Origin: Eledone cirrhosa
Taxonomy: Eukaryota
Assembly (NCBI GenBank): GCA_964016885.1
Contig: CAXHJY010000096.1
Coordinates: 2,852,001 to 2,916,000, forward strand
DNA length: 64,000 bases
Direction of reading: 5' to 3'
Part shown: in pieces, positions 1 through 12,281 of the stretch
Numbering within the stretch: the first letter of the stretch is position 1
Layout of the letters: each line of letters opens with the position of its first letter
Notes under the pieces: model-generated
Database searches by the model: none
The model's input: only the letters and a program-made list of their open reading frames with translations
Told to the model about the DNA's origin: nothing
Translations under genes and position numbers: made by a program

Positions 1-1202
1 TCCAGCCGTCCAAGGGGAGATAATTTCCCGCCAGCCAAGGGAAGATAATATTTAAAAAAATTAGGCGGAGATAATTTGTAAAAAAAATCAGGGGGAGATA
101 ATTTGTAAAAAAATCAGGGGGAGATAATTTGTAAAAAAAATCAGGGGGAGATAATTTGTAAAAAAAATCATGGGGAGATAATTTGTAAAAAAAAATCAGG
201 GGTAGATAATTTGTAAAAAAAAATCAGGGGGAGATAATTTGTAAAAAAAAATCAGGGGGAGATAATTTGTAAAAAAAATCAAGGGGAGATAATATCCAGC
301 CGTCCAAGGAGAGATAATTTTAAAAAAAAATGAGGCGGAGATAATTTGTAAAAAAAAAATCAGGGGGAGTTAATTTGTAAAAAAAAATGAGGGGGAGTTA
401 ATTTGTAAAAAAAATCAAGGGGAGATAATTTCCAGCCGTCCAAGGGGAGATAATTTTCAGCCGTCCAAGGAGAGGTAATTTCTAGCCGTCCAAGGGGAGA
501 TAATTTCCAGCCGTCCAAGGGGAGGTAATTTCCAGCCGTCCAAGGGGAGATAAATTAAAAAAAAAATCAGGCGGAGATAATTTGTAAAAAAAATCAAGGG
601 GAGATAATTTGCAGCCGTCCAATGGGAGATAATTTTCAGTCGTCCAAGGAGAGGTAATTTCTAGCCGTCAAAGGGGAGATAATTTCCAGCCGTCCAAGGG
701 GAGATAATTTCCAGCCGTCCAAGGGGAGATAATTTTTTTTTAAAAATCAGGCGGAGATAATTTGTAAAAAAAATCAGGGGGAGATAATTTGTAAACAAAA
801 TCAGGGGGAGATAATTTGTAAAAAAAAATCAGGGGGAGATAATTTGTAAAAAAAATTAGGCGTAGATAATTTGTAAAAAAAAATCAGGGGGAGATAATTT
901 GTAAAAAAAAATCAGGGGGAGATAATTTGTTTAAAAAATCAAGGGGAGATAATTTGCAGCCGTCCAAGGGGAGATAATTTTCAGCCGTCCAAGGAGAGGT
1001 AATTTCTAGCCGTTCAAGGGGAGATAATTTCCAGCCGTCCAAGGGGAGATAATTTCCAGCCGTCCAAGGGGAGATAATTTTTTTTTAAAAATCAGGCGGA
1101 GATAATTTGTAAAAAAAAATCAGGGGGAGATAATTCGTAAAAAAAAATCAGGGGGAGATAATTTGTAAAAAAAAATCAGGGGGAGATAATTTGTAAAAAA
1201 AA

Positions 1203-1717
1203 TCAAGGGGAGATAATTTCCAGCCGTCCAAGGGAAGATAATTTCCAGCCCTCCAAGGGGCTATAATTTCCAGCGTCCAAGGGGAGATAATTTCCAGCCA
1301 GCGAAGGGGAGATAATTTTTAAAAAAAAATCATTGGGAGATTTGTAAAAAAAATCAGGGGGAGATAATTTGTAAAAAAAATCAAGGGGAGATAATTTCCA
1401 GCCGTCCAAGGGGAGGTAATATCTAGCCGTCCAAGGGTAGATAATTTCCAGCCGTCCAACGGGAGATAATTTCCAGCCGTCCAAGGGTAGATAATATCCA
1501 GCCGCCCAAGGACATATTTTCCAGCCGTCCAAGGAGAGGTAATTTCTAGCCGTCCAAGGGGAGATAATTTCCAGCCGTCCAAGGGTAGATAATATCCAGC
1601 CGTCCAAGGACATATTTTCCAGCCGTCCAAGGAGAGGTAATTTCTAGCCGTCCAAGGGGAGATAAATTCCAGCCTCCAAGGGGAGATAATTTCCAGCCAG
1701 CCAAGGGTAGATAATTT
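1203..1717 (+). repeat. Landmark cassette (GGGAAGAT / CCAGCCCTCC-GGGGCTATA / CCAGCGTCC / CCAGCGAAGG / TnAm-TCATTGGGAGATTTG, then an A tract), 23 full or 5'-truncated copies
   Basis: Full copies near 1245, 3432, 5336, 7526, 9259, 11186, 16377, 18417, 23194, 26306, 29428, 35347, 38468, 43270, 45781, 51941, 55077 and 58197. Copies lacking the first three variants lie near 24315, 27357, 36398, 53006 and 56128. Confidence 0.93.
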
Positions 1718-1964
1718 GTAAAAAAATCAGGGGGAGATAATTTGTAAAAAAAATCAGGGGGAGATAATTTGTAAAAAAAAATCAGGGGGAGATAATTTGT
1801 AAAAAAAAATTAGGGGGAGATAATTTGCAAAAAAAATCAGGGGGAGATAATTTGTAAAAAAAAATCAGGGGTAGATAATTTGTAAAAAAAAATCAGGGGG
1901 AGATAATTTGTAAAAAAAAATCAGGGGGAGATAATTTGTAAAAAAAATCAAGGGGAGATAATTT
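1718..1964 (+). repeat. Representative type B tract (9 monomers, consensus GTAAAAAAAATCAGGGGGAGATAATTT, 26-28 bp)
   Basis: Direct reading. Diagnostic internal variants TTTGCAAAA and GGGGTAGAT recur in the same order near 5810, 8990, 9730, 16750, 23670, 24640, 27680, 36720, 44065, 53330 and 56455. Confidence 0.95.
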
Positions 1965-2607
1965 CCAGCCGTCCAAGGAGAGATAATTTAAAAAAAAATC
2001 AGGCGGAGATAATTTGTAAAAAAAAATCAGGGGGAGATAATTTGTAAAAAAAAATCAGGGGGAGATAATTTGTAAAAAAAAATCAGGGGGAGATAATTTG
2101 TAAAAAAAATCAGGAGATAATTTGTAAAAAAAATCAAGGGGAGATAATTTCCAGCCGTCCAAGGAGAGATAATTTTAAAAAAAATCAGGCGGAGATAATT
2201 TGTAAAAAAAAATCAGGGGGAGATAATTTGTAAAAAAAAATCAGGGGGAGATAATTTGTAAAAAAAATCAAGGGGAGATAATTTCCAGCCGTCCAAGGGG
2301 AGATAATTTTCAGCCGTCCAAGGGGAGATAATTTCCCGCCAGCCAAGGGAAGATAATATTCAAAAAAATCAGGCGGAGATAATTTGTAAAAAAAATCAGG
2401 GGGAGATAATTTGTAAAAAAATCAGGGGGAGATAATTTGTAAAAAAAAAAATCAGGGGGAGATAATTTTTAAAAAAAATCAGGGGGAGATAATTTGTAAA
2501 AAAAAATCAGGGGTAGATAATTTGTAAAAAAAAATCAGGGGGAGATAATTTGTAAAAAAAAATCAGGGGGAGATAATTTGTAAAAAAAATGAAAGGGGAG
2601 ATAATAT

Positions 2608-3006
2608 CCAGCCGTCCAAGGGGAGATAATTTCCAGCCGTCCAAGGGGAGATAATTTCCAGCCGTCCAAGGGGAGATAATTTCCATCCTTCCAAGGGGAT
2701 ATAATTTCCAGCCGTCCAAGGGGAGATAATTTCCATCCTTCCAAGGGGATATAATTTCCAGCCGTCCAAGGGGAGATAATTTTCAGCCGTCCAAGGAGAG
2801 GTAATTTCTAGCCGTCCAAGGAGAGATAATTTCCAGCCGTCCAAGGGGAGATAATTTCCAGCCGTCCAAGGGGAGATAATTTCCAGCCGTCCAAGGAGAC
2901 ATATTTTCCAGCCGTCCAAGGAGAGGTAATTCCTAGCCGTCCAAGGGGAGATAAATTCCAGCCTCCAAGGGGAGATAATTTCCAGCCAGCCAAGGGGAGA
3001 TAATTT
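2608..3006 (+). repeat. Representative type A tract (16 monomers, consensus CCAGCCGTCCAAGGGGAGATAATTT, 25 bp)
   Basis: Direct reading gives 25-bp spacing (e.g. 2883 to 2908). The tract includes the variants CCATCCTTCC..GGATATA x2, GAGACATATTTT, GGAGAGGTAATTCCTAG and a 24-bp CCAGCCTCC unit. It recurs near 6702, 25562, 28604, 34523, 37644, 44984, 54253, 57373 and 63316. Confidence 0.95.
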
Positions 3007-6000
3007 GTAAAAAAAATCAGGGGGAGATAATTTGTAAAAAAAATCAGGGGGAGATAATTTGTAAAAAAAAATCAGGGGGAGATAATTTGTAAAAAATAAT
3101 CAGGGGGAGATAATTTGTAAAAAAAATCAAGGGGAGATAATTTCCAGCCGTCCAAGGGGAGATAATTTTCAGCCGTCCAAGGGGAGATAATTTCCCGCCA
3201 GCCAAGGGAAGATAATATTTAAAAAAATTAGGCGGAGATAATTTGTAAAAAAAATCAGGGGGAGATAATTTGTAAAAAAATCAGGGGGAGATAATTTGTA
3301 AAAAAAATCAGGGGGAGATAATTTGTAAAAAAAATCAGGGGGAGATAATTTGTAAAAAAAAATCAGGGGGAGATAATTTGTAAAAAAAATCAAGGGGAGA
3401 TAATTTCCAGCCGTCCAAGGGAAGATAATTTCCAGCCCTCCAAGGGGCTATAATTTCCAGCGTCCAAGGGGAGATAATTTCCAGCCAGCGAAGGGGAGAT
3501 AATTTTTTTAAAAAAATCATTGGGAGATTTGTAAAAAAAATCAGGGGGAGATAATTTGTAAAAAAAATCAAGGGGAGATAATTTCCAGCCGTCCAAGGGG
3601 AGGTAATATCTAGCCGTCCAAGGGGAGATAATTTCCAGCCGTCCAAGGGGAGATAATTTCCAGCCGTCCAAGGGTAGATAATATCCAGCCGTCCAAGGAC
3701 ATATTTTCCAGCCGTCCAAGGAGAGGTAATTTCAAGCCGTCCAAGGGGAGATAAATTCCAGCCTCCAAGGTGAGATAATTTCCAGCCAGCCAAGGGGAGA
3801 TAATTTGTAAAAAAATCAGGGGGAGATAATTTGTAAAAAAAATCAGGGGGAGATAATTTGTAAAAAAAAATCAGGGGGAGATAATTTGTAAAAAAAATCA
3901 GGGGGAGATAATTTGTAAAAAAAATCAGGGGGAGATAATTTGTAAAAAAAATCAAGGGGAGATAATTTCCAGCCGTCCAAGGGGAGATAATTTCCCGCCA
4001 GCCAAGGGAAGATAATATTTAAAAAAATCAGGCGGAGATAATTTGTAAAAAAAATCAGGGGGAGATAATTTGTAAAAAAATCAGGGGGAGATAATTTGTA
4101 AAAAAAAAATCAGGGGGAGATAATTTGTAAAAAAAATCAGGGGGAGATAATTTGTAAAAAAAAATCAGGGGTAGATAAATTGTAAAAAAAAATCAGGGGG
4201 AGATAATTTGTAAAAAAAATCAGGGGGAGATAATTTGTAAAAAAAATGAAAGGGGAGATAATATCCAGCCGTCCAAGGGGAGATAATTTCCAGCCGTCCA
4301 AGGGGAGATAATTTCCAGCCGTCCAAGGGGAGATAATTTCCATCCTTCCAAGGGGATATAATTTCCAGCCGTCCAAGGGGAGATAATTTCCCGCCAGCCA
4401 AGGGAAGATAATTTTTAAAAAAATCAGGCGGAGATTGTAAAAAAAATCAGGGGGGAGATAATTTGTAAAAAAATCAGGGGGAGATAATTTGTAAAAAATA
4501 ATCAGGGGGAGATAATTTGTAAAAAAAAATCAAGGGGAGATAATTTCCAGCCGTCCAAGGGGAGATAATTTCCCGCCAGCCAAGGGAAGATAATATTTAA
4601 AAAAATTAGGCGGAGATAATTTGTAAAAAAAATCAGGGGGAGATAATTTGTAAAAAAATCAGGGGGAGATAATTTGTAAAAAAAATCAGGGGGAGATAAT
4701 TTGTAAAAAAAATCATGGGGAGATAATTTGTAAAAAAAAATCAGGGGTAGATAATTTGTAAAAAAAAATCAGGGGGAGATAATTTGTAAAAAAAAATCAG
4801 GGGGAGATAATTTGTAAAAAAAATCAAGGGGAGATAATTTCCAGCCGTCCAAGGGGAGATAATTTTCAGCTGTCCAAGGAGAGGTAATTTCTAGCCGTCC
4901 AAGGGGAGATAATTTCCAGCCGTCCAAGGGGAGGTAATTTCCAGCCGTCCAAGGGGAGATAATTTAAAAAAAAAAATCAGGCGGAGATAATTTGTAAAAA
5001 AAATCAAGGGGAGATAATTTGCAGCCGTCCAAGGGGAGATAATTTTCAGTCGTCCAAGGAGAGGTAATTTCTAGCCGTCCAAGGGGAGATAATTGCCAGC
5101 CGTCCAAGGGGAGATAATTTCCAGCCGTCCAAGGGGAGATAATTTTTTTTAAAAAATCAGGCGGAGATAATTTGTAAAAAAAATCAGGGGGAGATAATTT
5201 GTAAAAAAAATCAGGGGGAGATAATTTGTAAAAAAAAATCAGGGGTAGATAATTTGTAAAAAAAAATCAGGGGGAGATAATTTGTAAAAAAAATCAAGGG
5301 GAGATAATTTCCAGCCGTCCAAGGGAAGATAATTTCCAGCCCTCCAAGGGGCTATAATTTCCAGCGTCCAAGGGGAGATAATTTCCAGCCAGCGAAGGGG
5401 AGATAATTTTTTAAAAAAAATCATTGGGAGATTTGTAAAAAAAATCAGGGGGAGATAATTTGTAAAAAAAATCAAGGGGAGATAATTTCCAGCCGTCCAA
5501 GGGGAGGTAATATCTAGCCGTCCAAGGGTAGATAATTTCCAGCCGTCCAACGGGAGATAATTTCCAGCCGTCCAAGGGTAGATAATATCCAGCCGCCCAA
5601 GGACATATTTTCCAGCCGTCCAAGGAGAGGTAATTTCTAGCCGTCCAAGGGGAGATAATTTCCAGCCGTCCAAGGGTAGATAATATCCAGCCGTCCAAGG
5701 ACATATTTTCCAGCCGTCCAAGGAGAGGTAATTTCTAGCCGTCCAAGGGGAGATAAATTCCAGCCTCCAAGGGGAGATAATTTCCAGCCAGCCAAGGGGA
5801 GATAATTTGTAAAAAAATCAGGGGGAGATAATTTGTAAAAAAAATCAGGGGGAGATAATTTGTAAAAAAAAATCAGGGGGAGATAATTTGTAAAAAAAAA
5901 TCAGGGGGAGATAATTTGCAAAAAAAATCAGGGGGAGATAATTTGTAAAAAAAAATCAGGGGTAGATAATTTGTAAAAAAAAATCAGGGGGAGATAATTT

Positions 6001-8649
6001 GTAAAAAAAAATCAGGGGGAGATAATTTGTAAAAAAAATCAAGGGGAGATAATTTCCAGCCGTCCAAGGAGAGATAATTTTAAAAAAAATCAGGCGGAGA
6101 TAATTTGTAAAAAAAAATCAGGGGGAGATAATTTGTAAAAAAAAATCAGGGGGAGATAATTTGTAAAAAAAAATCAGGGGGAGATAATTTGTAAAAAAAA
6201 TCAGGAGGAGATAATTTGTAAAAAAAATCAAGGGGAGATAATTTCCAGCCGTCCAAGGAGAGATAATTTAAAAAAAAATCAGGCGGAGATAATTTGTAAA
6301 AAAAAATCAGGGGGAGATAATTTGTAAAAAAAAATCAGGGGGAGATAATTTGTAAAAAAAATCAAGGGGAGATAATTTCCAGCCGTCCAAGGGGAGATAA
6401 TTTTCAGCCGTCCAAGGGGAGATAATTTCCCGCCAGCCAAGGGAAGATAATATTCAAAAAAATCAGACGGAGATAATTTGTAAAAAAAATCAGGGGGAGA
6501 TAATTTGTAAAAAAATCAGGGGGAGATAATTTGTAAAAAAAAAAATCAGGGGGAGATAATTTTTAAAAAAAATCAGGGGGAGATAATTTGTAAAAAAAAA
6601 TCAGGGGTAGATAATTTGTAAAAAAAAATCAGGGGGAGATAATTTGTAAAAAAAAATCAGGGGGAGATAACTTGTAAAAAAAATGAAAGGGGAGATAATA
6701 TCCAGCCGTCCAAGGGGAGATAATTTCCAGCCGTCCAAGGGGAGATAATTTCCAGCCGTCCAAGGGGAGATAATTTCCATCCTTCCAAGGGGATATAATT
6801 TCCAGCCGTCCAAGGGGAGATAATTTCCATCCTTCCAAGGGGATATAATTTCCAGCCGTCCAAGGGGAGATAATTTTCAGCCGTCCAAGGAGAGGTAATT
6901 TCTAGCCGTCCAAGGAGAGATAATTTCCAGCCGTCCAAGGGGAGATAATTTCCAGCCGTCCAAGGGGAGATAATTTCCAGCCGTCCAAGGAGACATATTT
7001 TCCAGCCGTCCAAGGAGAGGTAATTCCTAGCCGTCCAAGGGGAGATAAATTCCAGCCTCCAAGGGGAGATAATTTCCAGCCAGCCAAGGGGAGATAATTT
7101 GTAAAAAAAATCAGGGGGAGATAATTTGTAAAAAAAATCAGGGGGAGATAATTTGTAAAAAAAAATCAGGGGTAGATAATTTGTAAAAAATAATCAGGGG
7201 GAGATAATTTGTAAAAAAAATCAAGGGGAGATAATTTCCAGCCGTCCAAGGGGAGATAATTTTCAGCCGTCCAAGGGGAGATAATTTCCCGCCAGCCAAG
7301 GGAAGATAATATTTAAAAAAATTAGGCGGAGATAATTTGTAAAAAAAATCAGGGGGAGATAATTTGTAAAAAAATCAGGGGGAGATAATTTGTAAAAAAA
7401 ATCAGGGGGAGATAATTTGTAAAAAAAATCAGGGGGAGATAATTTGTAAAAAAAAATCAGGGGGAGATAATTTGTAAAAAAAATCAAGGGGAGATAATTT
7501 CCAGCCGTCCAAGGGAAGATAATTTCCAGCCCTCCAAGGGGCTATAATTTCCAGCGTCCAAGGGGAGATAATTTCCAGCCAGCGAAGGGGAGATAATTTT
7601 TTTTTTAAAATCATTGGGAGATTTGTAAAAAAAATCAGGGGGAGATAATTTGTAAAAAAAATCAAGGGGAGATAATTTCCAGCCGTCCAAGGGGAGGTAA
7701 TATCTAGCCGTCCAAGGGGAGATAATTTCCAGCCGTCCAAGGGGAGATAATTTCCAGCCGTCCAAGGGTAGATAATATCCAGCCGTCCAAGGACATATTT
7801 TCCAGCCGTCCAAGGAGAGGTAATTTCTAGCCGTCCAAGGGGAGATAAATTCCAGCCTCCAAGGTGAGATAATTTCCAGCCAGCCAAGGGGAGATAATTT
7901 GTAAAAAAATCAGGGGGAGATAATTTGTAAAAAAAATCAGGGGGAGATAATTTGTAAAAAAAAATCAGGGGGAGATAATTTGTAAAAAAAATCAGGGGGA
8001 GATAATTTGTAAAAAAAAATCAGGGGGAGATAATTTGTAAAAAAAATCAAGGGGAGATAATTTCCAGCCGTCCAAGGGGAGATAATTTCCCGCCAGCCAA
8101 GGGAAGATAATATTTAAAAAAATCAGGCGGAGATAATTTGTAAAAAAAATCAGGGGGAGATAATTTGTAAAAAAATCAGGGGGAGATAATTTGTAAAAAA
8201 AAATCAGGGGGAGATAATTTGTAAAAAAATCAGGGGGAGATAATTTGTAAAAAAAAATCAGGGGTAGATAAATTGTAAAAAAAAATCAGGGGGAGATAAT
8301 TTGTAAAAAAAATCAGGGGGAGATAATTTGTAAAAAAAATGAAAGGGGAGATAATATCCAGCCGTCCAAGGGGAGATAATTTCCAGCCGTCCAAGGGGAG
8401 ATAATTTCCAGCCGTCCAAGGGGAGATAATTTCCATCCTTCCAAGGGGATATAATTTCCAGCCGTCCAAGGGGAGATAATTTCCCGCCAGCCAAGGGAAG
8501 ATAATTTTTAAAAAAATCAGGCGGAGATTGTAAAAAAAATCAGGGGGGAGATAATTTGTAAAAAAATCAGGGGGAGATAATTTGTAAAAAAAAATCAGGG
8601 GGAGATAATTTGTAAAAAATAATCAGGGGGAGATAATTTGTAAAAAAAA

Positions 8650-9975
8650 ATCAAGGGGAGATAATTTCCAGCCGTCCAAGGGGAGGTAATATCTAGCCGT
8701 CCAAGGGGAGATAATTTCCAGCCGTCCAACGGGAGATAATTTCCAGCCGTCCATGGGTAGATAATATCCAGCCGCCCAAGGACATATTTTCCAGCCGTCC
8801 AAGGAGAGGTAATTTCTAGCCGTCCAAAGGGAGATAATTACAGCCGTCCAAGGGTAGATAATATCCAGCCGTCCAAGGACATATTTTCCAGCCGTCCAAG
8901 GAGAGGTAATTTCTAGCCGTCCAAGGGGAGATAAATTCCAGCCTCCAAGGGGAGATAATTTCCAGCCAGCCAAGGGGAGATAATTTGTAAAAAAATCAGG
9001 GGGAGATAATTTGTAAAAAAAATCAGGGGGAGATAATTTGTAAAAAAAAATCAGGGGGAGATAATTTGTAAAAAAAAATCAGGGGGAGATAATTTGCAAA
9101 AAAAATCAGGGGGAGATAATTTGTAAAAAAAAATCAGGGGTAGATAATTTGTAAAAAAAAATCAGGGGGAGATAATTTGTAAAAAAAAATCAGGGGGAGA
9201 TAATTTGTAAAAAAAATCAAGGGGAGATAATTTCCAGCCGTCCAAGGGAAGATAATTTCCAGCCCTCCAAGGGGCTATAATTTCCAGCGTCCAAGGGGAG
9301 ATAATTTCCAGCCAGCGAAGGGGAGATAATTTTTTTTAAAAAATCATTGGGAGATTTGTAAAAAAAATCAGGGGGAGATAATTTGTAAAAAAAATCAAGG
9401 GGAGATAATTTCCAGCCGTCCAAGGGGAGGTAATATCAAGCCGTCTAAGGGGAGATAATTTCCAGCCGTCCAACGGGAGATAATTTCCAGCCGTCCATGG
9501 GTAGATAATATCCAGCCGCCCAAGGACATATTTTCCAGCCGTCCAAGGAGAGGTAATTTCTAGCCGTCCAAGGGGAGATAATTTCCAGCCGTCCAAGGGT
9601 AGATAATATCCAGCCGTCCAAGGACATATTTTCCAGCCGTCCAAGGAGAGGTAATTTCTAGCCGTCCAAGGGGAGATAAATTCCAGCCTCCAAGGGGAGA
9701 TAATTTCCAGCCAGCCAAGGGGAGATAATTTGTAAAAAAATCAGGGGGAGATAATTTGTAAAAAAAATCAGGGGGAGATAATTTGTAAAAAAAAATCAGG
9801 GGGAGATAATTTGTAAAAAAAAATCAGGGGGAGAAAATTTGCAAAAAAAATCAGGGGGAGATAATTTGTAAAAAAAAATCAGGGGTAGATAATTTGTAAA
9901 AAAAAATCAGGGGGAGATAATTTGTAAAAAAAAATCAGGGGGAGATAATTTGTAAAAAAAATCAAGGGGAGATAA
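8650..9975 (+). repeat. ~744-bp local duplication
   Basis: The private variant GTCCATGGGTAG occurs only at about 8751 and 9495. The following exit cassette and 9-mer B tract are also repeated. Confidence 0.75.
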
Positions 9976-12281
9976 TTTCCAGCCGTCCAAGGAGAGATAA
10001 TTTAAAAATAAATCAGGCGGAGATAATTTGTAAAAAAAAATCAGGGGGAGATAATTTGTAAAAAAAATCAGGGGGAGATAATTTGTAAAAAAAAATCAGG
10101 GGTAGATAATTTGTAAAAAAAAATCAGGGGGAGATAATTTGTAAAAAAAAATCAGGGGGAGATAATTTGTAAAAAAAATCAAGGGGAGATAATTTCCAGC
10201 CGTCCAAGGAGAGATAATTTAAAAAAAAATCAGGGGGAGATAATTTGTAAAAAAAATCAAGGGGAGATAATTTCCAGCCGTCCAAGGGGAGATAATTTTC
10301 AGCCGTCCAAGGGGAGATAATTTCCCGCCAGCCAAGGGAAGATAATATTCAAAAAAATCAGGCGGAGATAATTTGTAAAAAAAATCAGGGGGAGATAATT
10401 TGTAAAAAAATCAGGGGGAGATAATTTGTAAAAAAAAAAATCAGGGGGAGATAATTTGTAAAAAAAATCAGGGGGAGATAATTTGTAAAAAAAAATCAGG
10501 GGTAGATAATTTGTAAAAAAAAATCAGGGGGAGATAATTTGTAAAAAAAAATCAGGGGGAGATAATTTGTAAAAAAAATGAAAGGGGAGATAATATCCAG
10601 CCGTCCAAGGGGAGATAATTTCCAGCCGTCCAAGGGGAGATAATTTCCATCCTTCCAAGGGGATATAATTTCCAGCCGTCCAAGGGGAGATAATTTCCAT
10701 CCTTCCAAGGGGATATAATTTCCAGCCGTCCAAGGGGAGATAATTTTCAGCCGTCCAAGGAGAGGTAATTTCTAGCCGTCCAAGGAGAGATAATTTCCAG
10801 CCGTCCAAGGGGAGATAATTTCCAGCCGTCCAAGGGGAGATAATTTCCAGCCGTCCAAGGAGACATATTTTCCAGCCGTCCAAGGAGAGGTAATTCCTAG
10901 CCGTCCAAGGGGAGATAAATTCCAGCCTCCAAGGGGAGATAATTTCCAGCCAGCCAAGGGGAGATAATTTGTAAAAAAAATCAGGGGGAGATAATTTGTA
11001 AAAAAAATCAGGGGGAGATAATTTGTAAAGAAATCAGGGGGAGATAATTTGTAAAAAAAATCAGGGGGAGATAATTTGTAAAAAAAATCAGGGGGAGATA
11101 ATTTGTAAAAAAAAATCAGGGGGAGATAATTTGTAAAAAAAGTCAAGGGGAGATAATTTCCAGCCGTCCAAGGGAAGATAATTTCCAGCCCTCCAAGGGG
11201 CTATAATTTCCAGCGTCCAAGGGGAGATAATTTCCAGCCAGCGAAGGGGAGATAATTTTTTTAAAAAAATCATTGGGAGATTTGTAAAAAAATCAGGGGG
11301 AGATAATTTGTAAAAAAAATCAAGGGGAGATAATTTCCAGCCGTCCAAGGGGAGGTAATATCTAGCCGTCCAAGGGGTGATAATTTCCAGCCGTCCAAGG
11401 GGAGATAATTTCCAGCCGTCCAAGGGTAGATAATATCCAGCCGTCCAAGGACATATTTTCCAGCCGTCCAAGGAGAGGTAATTTCTAGCCGTCCAAGGGG
11501 AGATAAATTCCAGCCTCCAAGGTGAGATAATTTCCAGCCAGCCAAGGGGAGATAATTTGTAAAAAAATCAGGGGGAGATAATTTGTAAAAAAAATCAGGG
11601 GGAGATAATTTGTAAAAAAAAATCAGGGGGAGATAATTTGTAAAAAAAATCAAGGGGAGATAATTTCCAGCCGTCCAAGGGGAGATAATTTTCAGCCGTC
11701 CAAGGGGAGATAATTTCCCGCCAGCCAAAGGAAGATAATATTTAAAAAAATCAGGCGGAGATAATTTGTAAAAAAAATCAGGGGGAGATAATTTGTAAAA
11801 AAATCAGGGGGAGATAATTTGTAAAAAAAAAATCAGGGGGAGATAATTTGTAAAAAAAATCAGGGGGAGATAATTTGTAAAAAAAAATCAGGGGTAGATG
11901 AATTGTAAAAAAAAATCAGGGGGAGATAATTTGTAAAAAAAATCAGGGGGAGATAATTTGTAAAAAAAATGAAAGGGGAGATAATATCCAGCCGTCCAAG
12001 GGGAGATAATTTCCAGCCGTCCAAGGGGAGATAATTTCCAGCCGTCCAAGGGGAGATAATTTCCATCCTTCCAAGGGGATATAATTTCCAGCCGTCCAAG
12101 GGGAGATAATTTCCCGCCAGCCAAGGGAAGATAATATTTAAAAAAATTAGGCGGAGATAATTTGTAAAAAAAATCAGGGGGAGATAATTTGTAAAAAATC
12201 AGGGGGAGATAATTTGTAAAAAAAATCAGGGGGAGATAATTTGTAAAAAAAATCATGGGGAGATAATTTGTAAAAAAAAAT

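Larger units (their letters stand above)
1150..8650 (+). repeat. ~4.09-kb higher-order repeat, about 1.8 tandem copies
   Basis: Equivalent ORF-track landmarks: 2507/6601 (4094), 3169/7263 (4094), 4137/8230 (4093), 1630/5721 (4091). Confidence 0.9.
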
